Shown: piece after piece, positions 27,357-37,968 of the stretch
Numbering within the stretch: the stretch's first letter is position 1
Layout of the letters: every line of letters starts with the position of its first letter
Assembly (NCBI GenBank): GCA_046546105.1
Contig: JBKGYN010000004.1
Span: forward strand, 1 to 61,883
Direction: 5' to 3'
DNA from: Candidatus Woesearchaeota archaeon
Lineage (GTDB): Archaea > Nanobdellota > Nanobdellia > Woesearchaeales > SKGA01
Length of the DNA: 61,883 nucleotides
The notes under the pieces: model-generated
The model's database searches: none
The model's input: only the letters and a program-made list of their open reading frames with translations
What the model was told of the DNA's origin: nothing
Translations under genes and position numbers: made by a program

Positions 27357-28033
27357 TTCATCCTGTACTTCGTTTTCTCAACAGCATCAATAATACATAT
27401 AGAATCAGCTTTCACAAGCTTCTGGAGAGGCAAGCATCGCTTACTATCATAATGACCGCGTCCACCGATGTGCGCGAGACTGTCCATGCCACTGCACTGC
27501 AAGTGATAATTGATGGCACGTGCCATGTAGAGGTTTCGGCAGGTCCACTTCTCGAACTCGGTCTCAGACGTGCTTTTGTAGCTTTTTTTAGACTTGAGAT
27601 CACGAAGCATCTCGTGATTATCGTTCTCATTCATGTTCGTGTGGATGGCAACCTCGAAAGGCTCGTACTTATCAATGCAATAGACCGGTAGGTTGTTCTT
27701 GCGAGCATGATGAACACCGGCAGCGAACTCGCCTAGCGCATGTGCTGCTTTGTTTCTCTTTTGTTCCTCCACGAGCCGTTCCAACTCATGCTCGAACTCC
27801 CAAAATAACATCTTTGAGGTGTCAAGACTCTGTTCCAGTGTGATGCATTCCGGATTGAATGTTTCAAGCTGCTTAACGATCCAGTCATAATCGTGGCGGA
27901 CGTGATCGCTTCCGACAAGAAGAATATTCTTCTCTTTTATTTTGTTGTCAAACATCTGGAAATCCAATACTGGATCGTCTTTTCGAGGGTCTTTCATAAG
28001 GTCTGACATGTTATTGCAACTCTCTTCTTGCAT
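27353..28033 (-). CDS. TraB/Tiki/ChaN-like superfamily protein
   Basis: LLVGSDH, PECITLEQ, VYCID, RNLYMA, HIGGRGH spacing typical of this metallo-fold. Confidence 0.45.
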   Translation of the reverse strand: MQEESCNNMSDLMKDPRKDDPVLDFQMFDNKIKEKNILLVGSDHVRHDYDWIVKQLETFNPECITLEQSLDTSKMLFWEFEHELERLVEEQKRNKAAHALGEFAAGVHHARKNNLPVYCIDKYEPFEVAIHTNMNENDNHEMLRDLKSKKSYKSTSETEFEKWTCRNLYMARAINYHLQCSGMDSLAHIGGRGHYDSKRCLPLQKLVKADSICIIDAVEKTKYRMK

Positions 28034-28469
28034 ACTTCAGGAAAGAATCAAAACGGGCGACATCCTTTCCTGATAGCCCTCTCTGATCGCTAAATTGTGT
28101 TGAACGTCTCGTGATCTCGGCAGCTGGACACACCCTACCATCAGCATCAGGTTGGTGAATCCCTTGCAAGGCAACTTCTTCAAGACCATGTTCGCTGGCA
28201 CGGTAAATGGTTCTTATGCCATCAAAAGTCTTTCCTTGCAAATGATGAATATTGAATGAATCGTTATTGAAATATTCGGCAATCTCCATGATTGGTCGGC
28301 TGTTCCTCTCATGACTATAGAGAACCTTGAGTGAACAATAAGAAAGCCCCACATGGTACTTCAGGATTCTGTTCGCTTCAATACTAGGCCTGCCAAGTTC
28401 ACAGACCCTTCCAATCACATACTGGATGGTGGCTTTACGTTCTTCTGTATCTGTCTGTAGTCCTATCAT
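28011..28469 (-). CDS. Hypothetical protein
   Basis: 152-aa ORF co-oriented with its neighbours. Confidence 0.55.
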   Translation of the reverse strand: MIGLQTDTEERKATIQYVIGRVCELGRPSIEANRILKYHVGLSYCSLKVLYSHERNSRPIMEIAEYFNNDSFNIHHLQGKTFDGIRTIYRASEHGLEEVALQGIHQPDADGRVCPAAEITRRSTQFSDQRGLSGKDVARFDSFLKYARRELQ

Positions 28470-28572
28470 TCTCCTGTCTTATGGGGGTCGAGTTCTATTT
28501 TTAAAAATTACTACTTTGGAGTGCTTCTTGTCTTTGAACTATTGATAAATCTTCTTTCGGTTAACCAGTTTG

Positions 28573-28880
28573 GTGAAACTGAAACTGGCGCGAGGCAAGA
28601 TTCCGGAAATCATCGAAACAGATGGTGAGAATGCGAAAACGAGAATTGTAGGTGGTGATGAATACTGGAAAGAACTCAATAAACAGATTACCGCTTCACC
28701 CGTTAAATGAGTAATAGGTTTGTCAAGATCACTTCTTTCTGATTCTTTTTTGTGAGTCGGGATTTCAATATGTTATGCGTAGCCAGTATAGGAATAGATG
28801 GATTGAAGCACTTCGTTAATATCTGCAAGCTCTTCAATGTTCTCGCTTTCAAGGAAGTCATTGACCTCATCCGATAGTTG
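28573..28880. pseudogene. MazG/HisE-like nucleoside triphosphate pyrophosphohydrolase broken by an internal inversion
   Basis: + strand: KLARGKIPEIIETDG...YWKELNKQ; - strand from 28880: QLSDEVNDFLESENIEELADINEVL, with in-frame TAA at 28775-73. Confidence 0.85.
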
Positions 28881-28929
28881 TCCTTGTTTCACAATATTTA
28901 TATGGTTTGGTTTCCCAAACAATGACTAC

Positions 28930-29247
28930 ATGGACTTTGATTTTCTCAAAAAGCAGATACGTCTGAAAAGACTTGTCATATTCGATCTTGCTGCGCTATT
29001 CGTCTTGATAATCGCTATAACTATACTAGATTTCTCTCTGGCTCTCGGTAAATTCCAAGGTTTGATTTTCTCACTATTCACGATGTATGCTTCTTTTGCG
29101 ATTTTTATCATCAACGGCATCATCTCACTCGTTTACCTACTCAAGGATAATGTGCATGTGGCAAAAGAATTTGTCATCGCAGGAATCATAATGCTAATCA
29201 CAGGCTTTCTCATAGCATTTCTCGGTGGTCACCTGATCATGATATGA
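28930..29247 (+). CDS. 3-TM membrane protein (paralog of 40988-41281)
   Basis: LALGKFQGLIFSLFTMY; start moved to ATG 28930. Confidence 0.7.
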   Translation: MDFDFLKKQIRLKRLVIFDLAALFVLIIAITILDFSLALGKFQGLIFSLFTMYASFAIFIINGIISLVYLLKDNVHVAKEFVIAGIIMLITGFLIAFLGGHLIMI

Positions 29248-29296
29248 TGCGATCCAATGCAAAAATATTTAAATCGATTAAGCTGAATAACCCAGT

Positions 29297-31864
29297 ATGA
29301 GGTTAGTGCTAGGGCTATTGTGTGTGCTTTTAATCAGTATTCTCTCCTTATCCTTCGTCTCGGCGATGGAGCTATCTTCTTTCGAAAATGACTTGTTCGA
29401 AGGAGAACCTCTGGTTGCCAGTTTCTGCGGCGGAAACGCTAATCTCTCCCTCGAATGCATGTCGCAAGCTCCGACACAGGCAGATGGTGTTGAGGATTGC
29501 AGCTACTTCTCATTCCCAACTTCATCAGTCACCTGCGATATGCCGCTTTTAAGAGCAACTCCGAAACAGGATTCGCAACCGGAACGGATAAACATATTAT
29601 CACCTGAAGAGATAATGCGTGAGGAGCTTGATAGTCTCAAAAAAACAGATCCAGTCTCTGTCGCGACAAAAATCTATGCGTATAGTGTTCTTGGCAACAC
29701 CTCGAAATTCCATGATCAACTTGATGTTCTCAAGAATTCCCGTGATGAAGACCGAAAATGCTGGCCTGCAGAGGACTGTGCAATAGAGGATACTGTCGAA
29801 GTGCTTTATTTCCTGCACAAGGCAGGTCTCAATTCATCTTCTCGAGTCTATAAGGATGCCTTACTATGGGTGGAATCACATCAATACCCGTACGATCTGG
29901 AGCAATGGTCTGTGGAATTCGAAGCGGACAACGGCACTGAATGCTCAATAGCCAAAGACGGCTCTCAAGGGGGGAGCTGCAAGACTTCCAAAAAGGAGGA
30001 GTGCTCTATTGAATTCGACTTCGCATCAGGAACCAGTCTCAATGCGAGCTGTGAAGATGATTATTGTGTACATTTCAAGGATAAGTTCGACCAGGACGTG
30101 TACAAATCCTGTCGGGAAGAAGATGAAAAGGTCAGTATAGTCCCATACGGTGGTTGTTTCCACTACACCGACAAGCCCTATGAGTGTCCGACCGGGCTGA
30201 CTGAAAAAGTGCTCTTGCTCGACGGGCTCTCAAAAGAAGTGCATGCGGATGCGATCAGCTGGCTCGATGATAAGATCGAAGAAGCAGCAGTAGCGGGCAA
30301 TCGTCTGACAACCACGCCTGAAGTATACGCTAACCTCTACGCATACAACTCGCACGATGATTCTCGGCTTCTCAGCTGGATATTATACTCGCAAAACAAT
30401 GAAGGGAGCTTCGGAGAAGCTGGAGAGCAGAACACATTCTACCTCACATTGGAAGCTCTTGAAATACTTCAGGAATCATCATCTTCGAACGAATGGTATA
30501 GGGATGCGAGAGAGTGGGTGCTTGATGAATCGTTTCACGGAGCTCTTGACTCGCTCAAAGAAGCAACACTTTTCAAGGAGTTCTTTATTGATAAACAGTT
30601 CTTCTACATCGACAAGGGCCTGATCGTTTCAGAACAAGCGTCGATCAACACGACCATCGAAACAGGTAGTGATATAGATGTTTCTCTGGAGAAATATCTG
30701 TTCGACCTCGAAGTGACCAATGATACCGACCAAGTCAATGTAACGATCACCGACCCGCGTTGGGAGTCGTTCGGAATCAGGGAAGACACGTTGAAAATCT
30801 CTTCAGAAGCATTTACCAGGGAGTATCCTGTCATCTTCAAGAACATTCCTTATCTGAACATGGAAAACTCCACTCACGATGTCTATAAGCATTCACCCTC
30901 ATTCGATGTTCCAGTCGACCCATCGCACAAGATGGTCTGCACCGTTTCAGGAGATAATATACTGACTGATAGTTTCTCGCTCAAACCAGCCACTGATAAG
31001 TTATCGCTCAAGGCAAACAGGCTCCCGACAGGAATCTCAAGAATCAACCTGAGCGCATCCTGTTCTGTTGATGATTACTCGTTCACCGACACAGTGCCTG
31101 TTGTCATCAGGCATCATCCCGACCATCCTTTCACCGTCAAGCAAGAAGTCCTGACAGAAGGGGTGACTGAACTCACAGTCAAAAATAATTTCAACGAAAC
31201 GATAAGCGTCTCCCTATCGCTGGATAACCCTGAGGTTGCAGGGCCCACGATGCTCACGATTGCGCCGCTTTCTTCTAACACGGTAAATCTCAAGAATCCG
31301 CAAGCTAACGTAACAACCAATGCGACATTCAGCGCGCGCAGCTATAGCAAGACACACACGATCAGATTTGATGGGCGTTTCGGAGAATTGTTTTCAGACA
31401 ACCTCTCGCTGATTGCAGCTGGCGTGTTTGCCATCGCACTCTTTGGTATGGGGATCATCCTCAAGCGCATGCTACCATACCTCAAACGCCAGAAAGGACA
31501 ACATGTGGATGTCGATAACAGCAATGACCAATCAATACCTGCAAAGAATCTCTCGAAAAAAGTCTCGTACTCCACTACTCCAGAACCGGATGGCGAAGCC
31601 GAAGCGACAGTTGAATCGGATACGGATCCTGAAACCACATACGCGGTCAATGAAAGCGATAAGAGACTCTCGCGATTACTCTATGCTTTTGACAAAGCAT
31701 TATCCGCTGAAGAAGAGGTGGTCAGTGATTTTACTGAAGGTTACACTGAAGAGCAGAAAAAAGAATTATATGAAGATGCGCAAACATATTTCGAGTCTGA
31801 AGATGATACTCCTGACAGTGATGACAACGAGCCTGAAGAATCAAAATCCAATAATGATGCGTGA
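29297..31864 (+). CDS. Large secreted, Cys-rich, C-terminally anchored surface protein
   Basis: Signal peptide, paired Cys, QNNEGSFG (prenyltransferase/squalene-oxidase repeat-like), TM near the C-terminus, acidic tail. Confidence 0.7.
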   Translation: MRLVLGLLCVLLISILSLSFVSAMELSSFENDLFEGEPLVASFCGGNANLSLECMSQAPTQADGVEDCSYFSFPTSSVTCDMPLLRATPKQDSQPERINILSPEEIMREELDSLKKTDPVSVATKIYAYSVLGNTSKFHDQLDVLKNSRDEDRKCWPAEDCAIEDTVEVLYFLHKAGLNSSSRVYKDALLWVESHQYPYDLEQWSVEFEADNGTECSIAKDGSQGGSCKTSKKEECSIEFDFASGTSLNASCEDDYCVHFKDKFDQDVYKSCREEDEKVSIVPYGGCFHYTDKPYECPTGLTEKVLLLDGLSKEVHADAISWLDDKIEEAAVAGNRLTTTPEVYANLYAYNSHDDSRLLSWILYSQNNEGSFGEAGEQNTFYLTLEALEILQESSSSNEWYRDAREWVLDESFHGALDSLKEATLFKEFFIDKQFFYIDKGLIVSEQASINTTIETGSDIDVSLEKYLFDLEVTNDTDQVNVTITDPRWESFGIREDTLKISSEAFTREYPVIFKNIPYLNMENSTHDVYKHSPSFDVPVDPSHKMVCTVSGDNILTDSFSLKPATDKLSLKANRLPTGISRINLSASCSVDDYSFTDTVPVVIRHHPDHPFTVKQEVLTEGVTELTVKNNFNETISVSLSLDNPEVAGPTMLTIAPLSSNTVNLKNPQANVTTNATFSARSYSKTHTIRFDGRFGELFSDNLSLIAAGVFAIALFGMGIILKRMLPYLKRQKGQHVDVDNSNDQSIPAKNLSKKVSYSTTPEPDGEAEATVESDTDPETTYAVNESDKRLSRLLYAFDKALSAEEEVVSDFTEGYTEEQKKELYEDAQTYFESEDDTPDSDDNEPEESKSNNDA

Positions 31865-31995
31865 AACGGCTGTTTGTTATTAAAGAATTACGACAAAGAT
31901 TTATAAAGTAAAAGCGTGGAGATTGTGTATAGTGTTTATTTAGTAGCCGTTAAATTTGATTTAATAAGGTGAAAAAAGAGGTGATTTCATTGCTA

Positions 31996-32511
31996 ATGAA
32001 CAAGAAAGCAGAGATGGGCATGGGTACGCTCATCATATTTATTGCGATGGTTCTTGTAGCAGCAGTCGCTGCATCCGTGCTTATCACTACCACAGGTAGT
32101 CTACAGGGTAAAGCGCTCGATACAGGAATGTCCGCAAAAGACGAAGTCGGAACCAATATCAAGGTTCTTGAAATAGTAGGTGCAGATACTGATGATGATT
32201 CTTTGTTGGATGAGATGAATGCAACTGTCAAGTTAGCTCCAGGATCTGAAAGTGTCAAGATGGACGATCTTCTACTTCTTGTAGATGGTGAACCGACAGA
32301 TTTTACAGCTACAGATTATACTGGAGGAGATGAGCTTGATGGTGGTTTGGATGCTGATGAGATTGGAATATTCCATTTCAATGTGACGGACATCAATTCC
32401 TCCACACCTGTACAGCTACAACTGATTCCAAAAGTCGGAACTCCAAGCATCGTTGATGCAAGGACACCAACCAGTATCGGTTCTGGTGAGACTGTGCCGA
32501 TCTTCCCATAA
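31996..32511 (+). CDS. flaB: Archaellin
   Basis: Class III signal [28 protein letters not shown]; GAGGTGA RBS before ATG 31996. Confidence 0.92.
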   Translation: MNKKAEMGMGTLIIFIAMVLVAAVAASVLITTTGSLQGKALDTGMSAKDEVGTNIKVLEIVGADTDDDSLLDEMNATVKLAPGSESVKMDDLLLLVDGEPTDFTATDYTGGDELDGGLDADEIGIFHFNVTDINSSTPVQLQLIPKVGTPSIVDARTPTSIGSGETVPIFP

Positions 32512-32546
32512 TCGGGTCCGATTCATACTAATGAGGTGAAAGCAAT

Positions 32547-33053
32547 ATGATACAATCAAAAAAAGCAGAGATGGGCATGGGTACGCTCATCATATTTATT
32601 GCAATGGTCCTTGTTGCAGCAGTTGCAGCTTCAGTATTGATCACAACCACTGGAAGCCTACAAGGTAAGGCACTTGATACAGGAATGTCCTCGAAGCGAG
32701 AAATCGGAACGAACATCCAGATTCTCAGTGTCGAATACGATGGAACTGATTTCCTGACAAACATCAAGTTGTCACCAGGTTCAGAACCTATTGATATGGC
32801 AGATGGTTATCACAGTGTTGCTGTTGACGGAAAATCTCCAACACGAAAACAGATGAGTGATGCATGTGACACTGCATTGTCTGGTAATGTGAGTGATGAA
32901 AAACTGAACGCTGGAGATGTTGCTCAGTGTGTTATTGAAGAAGATGCAGACCCAAGCGATAAAGTCACGATTACGCTGACTCCGCTTGTAGGAACGCCAA
33001 GCAACATACCAGTAACGATTCCTCCAGCAGGAACTGGTTCAATCTTCCCATAA
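32547..33053 (+). CDS. flaB: Archaellin
   Basis: Same class III N-terminus; GAGGTGA RBS. Confidence 0.9.
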   Translation: MIQSKKAEMGMGTLIIFIAMVLVAAVAASVLITTTGSLQGKALDTGMSSKREIGTNIQILSVEYDGTDFLTNIKLSPGSEPIDMADGYHSVAVDGKSPTRKQMSDACDTALSGNVSDEKLNAGDVAQCVIEEDADPSDKVTITLTPLVGTPSNIPVTIPPAGTGSIFP

Positions 33054-33268
33054 GGGATCATTGATTTATTTTTTCTTTTATATTTTCTCCTTCTTTATTT
33101 TTCTTGAGTGTTAGCTTTCAATATGCGGTGTGGTGTGCTGATTACAGATGAATGTCGTGATAGGTGCTTTGATTCTTTATTGCCATGATAGTGCGGGATG
33201 TTTTTTCGAAATCTTTTTAAAACAAGGTGCCCTATCAAAAACTGTAATTTTCAAGGGGTGAGTGAATA

Positions 33269-33730
33269 GTGGGTTTTGGCTCTATAGCGGCAAACATATT
33301 GTTGTTTCTGGGCGTGGTGATTATCGCATCAACGTTCATCTTCTACATGAATTCATACGCTTCAGAAACATCTGCAGTGATGACACAACAAAAGAACGAG
33401 ATGGTGGATGAACTCAACTCTGACATATCAATAACATCAAGCCTTCTCAACACGTCACACACCCCTGACCAGACAATACTCTATGCAAAAAACACCGGAT
33501 CGACACGATTGACGATCGACGATACCGATGTCTATATCGATGGAGCCAGGGTTCCAAGCACTTCGGTAACTATCACTGTCGAAGAAGACACCGATATCGG
33601 CAACCCTGATCTGTGGGATCCTGATGAGGTCGTCAAGATAGAGGCAGAAAAAAATGTTGATAGTGGGGCAATACCGGTTAAAGTCATAACGACATACTCG
33701 GCTTCAGACCAAGTCCAAGTATCTTCATAA
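33269..33730 (+). CDS. Archaellum accessory protein ArlF/ArlG family
   Basis: N-terminal TM; LNSDISI; LYAKNTGS...VYIDG...WDPDEV. Confidence 0.75.
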   Translation: MGFGSIAANILLFLGVVIIASTFIFYMNSYASETSAVMTQQKNEMVDELNSDISITSSLLNTSHTPDQTILYAKNTGSTRLTIDDTDVYIDGARVPSTSVTITVEEDTDIGNPDLWDPDEVVKIEAEKNVDSGAIPVKVITTYSASDQVQVSS

Positions 33731-33736
33731 AGGTGG

Positions 33737-34441
33737 ATGATGGAATCAAACGAACTCATATTTGATTATAGCCTTCCAGATGATGAGCTTCACAAGACAT
33801 TAGGAGGGGGTCTGCCGAAAAACGGCATCGTACTGGTAGAGGGTAATCCCGGGAAAGGGAAGTCCATCCTTGTCCAACGGTTCGTCTATGGCCTGCTACA
33901 GAACAATCAGACAGTGTCCTATATCAGCTCGGAACTTTCAGTCCAGGGTTTTCTCAATCAGATGTCATCACTCAATTATGAGATCAAGAACGATTTTCTC
34001 ACAGGGAAACTCCGTTTCGTATCGCTATTCTCAAAAAACCATGATATTGATGAAAAAGAGAATCTCATCGAGAATTTCTTCACCTCATCAGAACTCGTGA
34101 AAAACGAGGTTGTGGTCTTTGATATGGCCAATCACGTTCTTGTCGACGATTCATTATCGTATGAAAAATGCTACACTGTAGCTTCAGAACTCAAGAAACA
34201 CGCGTCACAAGGAAAATGTGTTGTCGTGTGTGTGGAGAAATCAAGTGTCAATCCGAACTTCTATTCGGTTCTGGCAAACATCTCTGACGGGCATATCGAA
34301 ATGACGGAAAAAGAACAATACGGTGTGGTGTTAAGCCTTATCAAAGTACATCGGATGGCGTGTGCAGTGACGAGTGTCGAAGGGGAAGTGCCGTTCAAGA
34401 TTCGATCCGGTGTAGGTATCGTCGTCGATATCAGTTCATGA
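33737..34441 (+). CDS. flaH: Archaellum KaiC/RecA-like ATP-binding protein ArlH
   Basis: LGGGLP, EGNPGKGKS Walker A, FKIRSGVGIVVDIS. Confidence 0.9.
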   Translation: MMESNELIFDYSLPDDELHKTLGGGLPKNGIVLVEGNPGKGKSILVQRFVYGLLQNNQTVSYISSELSVQGFLNQMSSLNYEIKNDFLTGKLRFVSLFSKNHDIDEKENLIENFFTSSELVKNEVVVFDMANHVLVDDSLSYEKCYTVASELKKHASQGKCVVVCVEKSSVNPNFYSVLANISDGHIEMTEKEQYGVVLSLIKVHRMACAVTSVEGEVPFKIRSGVGIVVDISS

Positions 34442-34470
34442 TGCAAGGTGTGTTATAGAGGGTTAAGGAA

Positions 34471-36132
34471 ATGGTTGAAGAGAAAAAGGATGATGGTCCG
34501 TATAAGACAACGGACCTTTCTGAAGCTAAAAAGAAATTCGCTCATGTACGTGAATACATGAAAGAACTCTCGAAGCAGAATATTCTTGAACCGGCGATGG
34601 TGAAGAAACCGTCGAAAAATGATCTTGTCGATAATAAAGTCAATGTAATCTATCCGGTTGGCGATCCTATCTTCATCCACATCCTCAAGCAACAATCAGG
34701 AGTTATCAAGTATAATATCCTGCAACCTGTTCTCAATAAAGAAGATGAAAAACTTTATGAGAAGATCAGCGAAAAGATTCTCGACACCGCCTACAGGGAA
34801 CCAGTCCCTGATAATGTCATGGACATAACTGAAGTCCTTTTCAGGCTTCTTGATAAAGTCACCCTCATCAAAGGCAAAGAAGGCGCTGGCGGTCTGATGG
34901 AGAAGTTCTTCGGAGAAGGGAGGATACCTGTCACTAAAGATCAATATGAGAAAGTCAAATATTTCCTGATACGGAATCGTGTGGGCTTCGGAAAACTTCA
35001 GCCTTTGTTCTACGATGAATTCCTGGAGGATATCCACTGTACAGGTGTCGGTTTCATCACGACGGTCCACAAGGTCTATGGGATGGTCTATACCAACCTC
35101 GAGTTCAAGAACGACGACGAACTCAACAAATTCATCGTAGAAACATCAGAACGAGTGGAGCGTCTGGTAAGCGACAGGAACAGTGTCGTAGACGCTATCA
35201 TGCCAGATGGATCACGTACGAACTTCGTCTACGGAAGGGATATAAGCCTGGAAGGATCAAGTTTCACGATCCGAAAGTTCTCAAAAGTACCTATCAGCAT
35301 CACACAGCTCATCAACTGGGGAACGATCAGCGCAGAACTTGCTGCTTACTTATGGTTGGCGCTTGAAAATGGTATGAACGTGTTTGTCTGTGGAGAGACA
35401 GCTTCAGGAAAAACAACCACGCTAAACGCTATATCTGCATTCATCAAACCTCTGGCAAAAGTCTATACTGTAGAAAACACGCCGGAAGTTACGATGCCTC
35501 ATGACATCTGGCAGCACTTGATCACGCGAGAAGCAGGGACGGAAAGTGATATCGGTTATCTCGACTTGCTCAAGACAGCTCTGCGAAGCCGTCCTGATTA
35601 TATCATCGTAGGTGAGATCCGTGGCGAAGAAGGTAACGTCGCTTTCCAGGCTATGCAGACAGGACACCCAGTACTCTCCACGTTCCACGCAGGTAATGTC
35701 CAAACGATGATACAGCGTCTGAACGGTGATCCCATCAATATCCCTATGGCATTCATGGATAACCTCAATATCTCACTCATCCAGCAGGCGGTCGACCAGA
35801 AAGGAAAACGACTCCGAAGAGTATTGTCAGTCAGTGAACTGGAGAGATACTATGCACCGGCAAACAAGGTCGTTACAAGAGAGGTATTCACATGGAATCC
35901 TTCAAACGACAAGCACATATTCAGGGGGTTGTTCAACAGTTACATCCTTGAGCAGAAGATAGCCCGGCTAAAGGGTATGACAGATCCGAGGGAAATCTAT
36001 AACGAGCTGGCGCATAGGAAAAAAATCCTTCTCAAGATGGTTGAAGAAGGGATATTCTATTACTTCGATGTTTGGGAGATCTTCAAGGAATACAATAACG
36101 GCGGAGATGCTGCACTGCCGTTTGAAGTCTAA
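34471..36132 (+). CDS. flaI: Archaellum motor ATPase ArlI
   Basis: YPVGDPIFIHI, GETASGKTT, RSRPDYIIVGEIRG, MQTGH. Confidence 0.93.
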   Translation: MVEEKKDDGPYKTTDLSEAKKKFAHVREYMKELSKQNILEPAMVKKPSKNDLVDNKVNVIYPVGDPIFIHILKQQSGVIKYNILQPVLNKEDEKLYEKISEKILDTAYREPVPDNVMDITEVLFRLLDKVTLIKGKEGAGGLMEKFFGEGRIPVTKDQYEKVKYFLIRNRVGFGKLQPLFYDEFLEDIHCTGVGFITTVHKVYGMVYTNLEFKNDDELNKFIVETSERVERLVSDRNSVVDAIMPDGSRTNFVYGRDISLEGSSFTIRKFSKVPISITQLINWGTISAELAAYLWLALENGMNVFVCGETASGKTTTLNAISAFIKPLAKVYTVENTPEVTMPHDIWQHLITREAGTESDIGYLDLLKTALRSRPDYIIVGEIRGEEGNVAFQAMQTGHPVLSTFHAGNVQTMIQRLNGDPINIPMAFMDNLNISLIQQAVDQKGKRLRRVLSVSELERYYAPANKVVTREVFTWNPSNDKHIFRGLFNSYILEQKIARLKGMTDPREIYNELAHRKKILLKMVEEGIFYYFDVWEIFKEYNNGGDAALPFEV

Positions 36133-36156
36133 AGGTGCAGTTTCAGTTGTGGGAAT

Positions 36157-37869
36157 ATGGCATTCGCTAATGACATGGAAGTATTCGCTCACGCGATAGG
36201 GTACAAGAGTTCTAACGATATGTTCATGAAAGTCATGTTTCCCGTGCTTATCGGTTCGGTCGTTTTCGCTGTCGCACTCAACTTCATATTCACAGTTCCT
36301 GTCTTTCTGCCTCTGATCATCCTTTTCTTAGGTTTTCTTGTCGCTGTCGCGATACCGTTTATTAAATTCAACGTTCTCAAAGCAGATATACAGAATAATA
36401 TCCATTATATGATAACTTATGCTGGGACACTCTCCACAATGGATATTTCGCATTACATCCTGTTCAGGAGATTGAGCGAAAAAAGTTTTTACGGATATAT
36501 CAGCACGATCTTCTCCCAGATTCATTACTTGTCGAAAAAATGGAATATTGATTATCCGAGTGCTTGTAAACATCTGGCTAAACGAACTCCTTCAAAAATC
36601 TTGAGGGACTTTCTTGACAGAGTCGCAATTGCAATCAGCTTCGGTGAAGACCTGAAAATATTTCTTGAAGGGGAGCAAAAAGCGGTCATGGAAGATTATT
36701 CGATTGAATACCAGAAATCACTGGAAAGCATCAAGATGGTCCAAGAGTTTTTCATGGCACTCACCATAGCCTTCGCTTTCACCATAAGTGTGCTCCTATT
36801 TGCCACTCTCATGATGGATATTAATGTCGTCTCTACGTTGGTATGGGCGTTTGTCGGATTGTTTCTTATTGACGGCGGGCTGTTGGCGATTGTCCTTTCA
36901 ATCGTTCCGCGAGATAGTCTTTTCAATTCTCCATCACTACAGAACGAAAACCAGAAAATATTATCCAATAAGCTGCTTCTTTCAATAATTGCTTCAATCA
37001 TAATCTTCACATCACTTTTCTTGATCACTTCCCTGTCAGGTTTGGTGGTTTTCGGTATTGCGATACTACCTCTATTCTATGTTGCCCGAGAGGCAAAACG
37101 AGAAGAGAATCGGGTGCATATAAGGGATAACCAGTTTCCCTCGTTCATCAGGTCGCTAGGGGCTGCAATCGAAGTAAGGGGAGGTGCTGTGCGAAGCGCA
37201 ATCCAACAAGTCAAGGTACACGATTTCGGACCGCTCAATGGGCTTCTCGAACACCTCTATAGGCGGTGGACGATTGCAGAAGACAAGTTCAGCGCATGGA
37301 CCTATTTCGCAAGGGAAAGCGGGAGCAAACTCATCTCGAACTTCACGAAAATATTCTCTGAATCAATCAATCTGGGTGGTAACGGGACGAAAGTCGGAGA
37401 GCTCATCAGCAACAACATCATCCACCAGCTATCGCTTCGAAAGCTCCGGAAACAACAGGCTGGCAGTCTGAAAGGGACTGTGTACGGGCTTTTTTTCGGA
37501 ATTGTCATCACGATATTCATCAGTGTAGAGATATCAAGATTTCTCATTGACACATTCTCTGCAAATGAAGCCGGAACGGCAACGCTTGATTTTGTGCAAT
37601 CAATATTTCCAAGCATATCGTCGATAAACTTTGATCTCGTGTTCACGATCGTCTCAATCATGCTCGTCTTCCACGCATTAGCCTCCTCGCTCATCATCAA
37701 GATCACTGAAGGAGGTTCAATGTATACGGCATTAACAGACTTCATCGTCTTAGTATGGATTATCGCTGTTTTGTCATTGCTCGTGCCGCAAATGGTCGGT
37801 TCAATACTTCCTGAATCAGCATCGATTGCAAATGCATCGGCGGCAAATGTGACGTCAGTAGGGATATGA
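36157..37869 (+). CDS. flaJ: Archaellum membrane platform ArlJ
   Basis: Multi-TM; ACKHLAKRTPSKILRDFLDR; DNQFPSFIRSLG; position after flaI. Confidence 0.9.
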   Translation: MAFANDMEVFAHAIGYKSSNDMFMKVMFPVLIGSVVFAVALNFIFTVPVFLPLIILFLGFLVAVAIPFIKFNVLKADIQNNIHYMITYAGTLSTMDISHYILFRRLSEKSFYGYISTIFSQIHYLSKKWNIDYPSACKHLAKRTPSKILRDFLDRVAIAISFGEDLKIFLEGEQKAVMEDYSIEYQKSLESIKMVQEFFMALTIAFAFTISVLLFATLMMDINVVSTLVWAFVGLFLIDGGLLAIVLSIVPRDSLFNSPSLQNENQKILSNKLLLSIIASIIIFTSLFLITSLSGLVVFGIAILPLFYVAREAKREENRVHIRDNQFPSFIRSLGAAIEVRGGAVRSAIQQVKVHDFGPLNGLLEHLYRRWTIAEDKFSAWTYFARESGSKLISNFTKIFSESINLGGNGTKVGELISNNIIHQLSLRKLRKQQAGSLKGTVYGLFFGIVITIFISVEISRFLIDTFSANEAGTATLDFVQSIFPSISSINFDLVFTIVSIMLVFHALASSLIIKITEGGSMYTALTDFIVLVWIIAVLSLLVPQMVGSILPESASIANASAANVTSVGI

Positions 37870-37968
37870 ATAGACAAAAATCCTTGAACCACTGAGAAAA
37901 AAACAAAATATTTAAATAGTAAGGTGTCAGCATTTATATATATTATACAATATTACTTGTAGGGTGAT

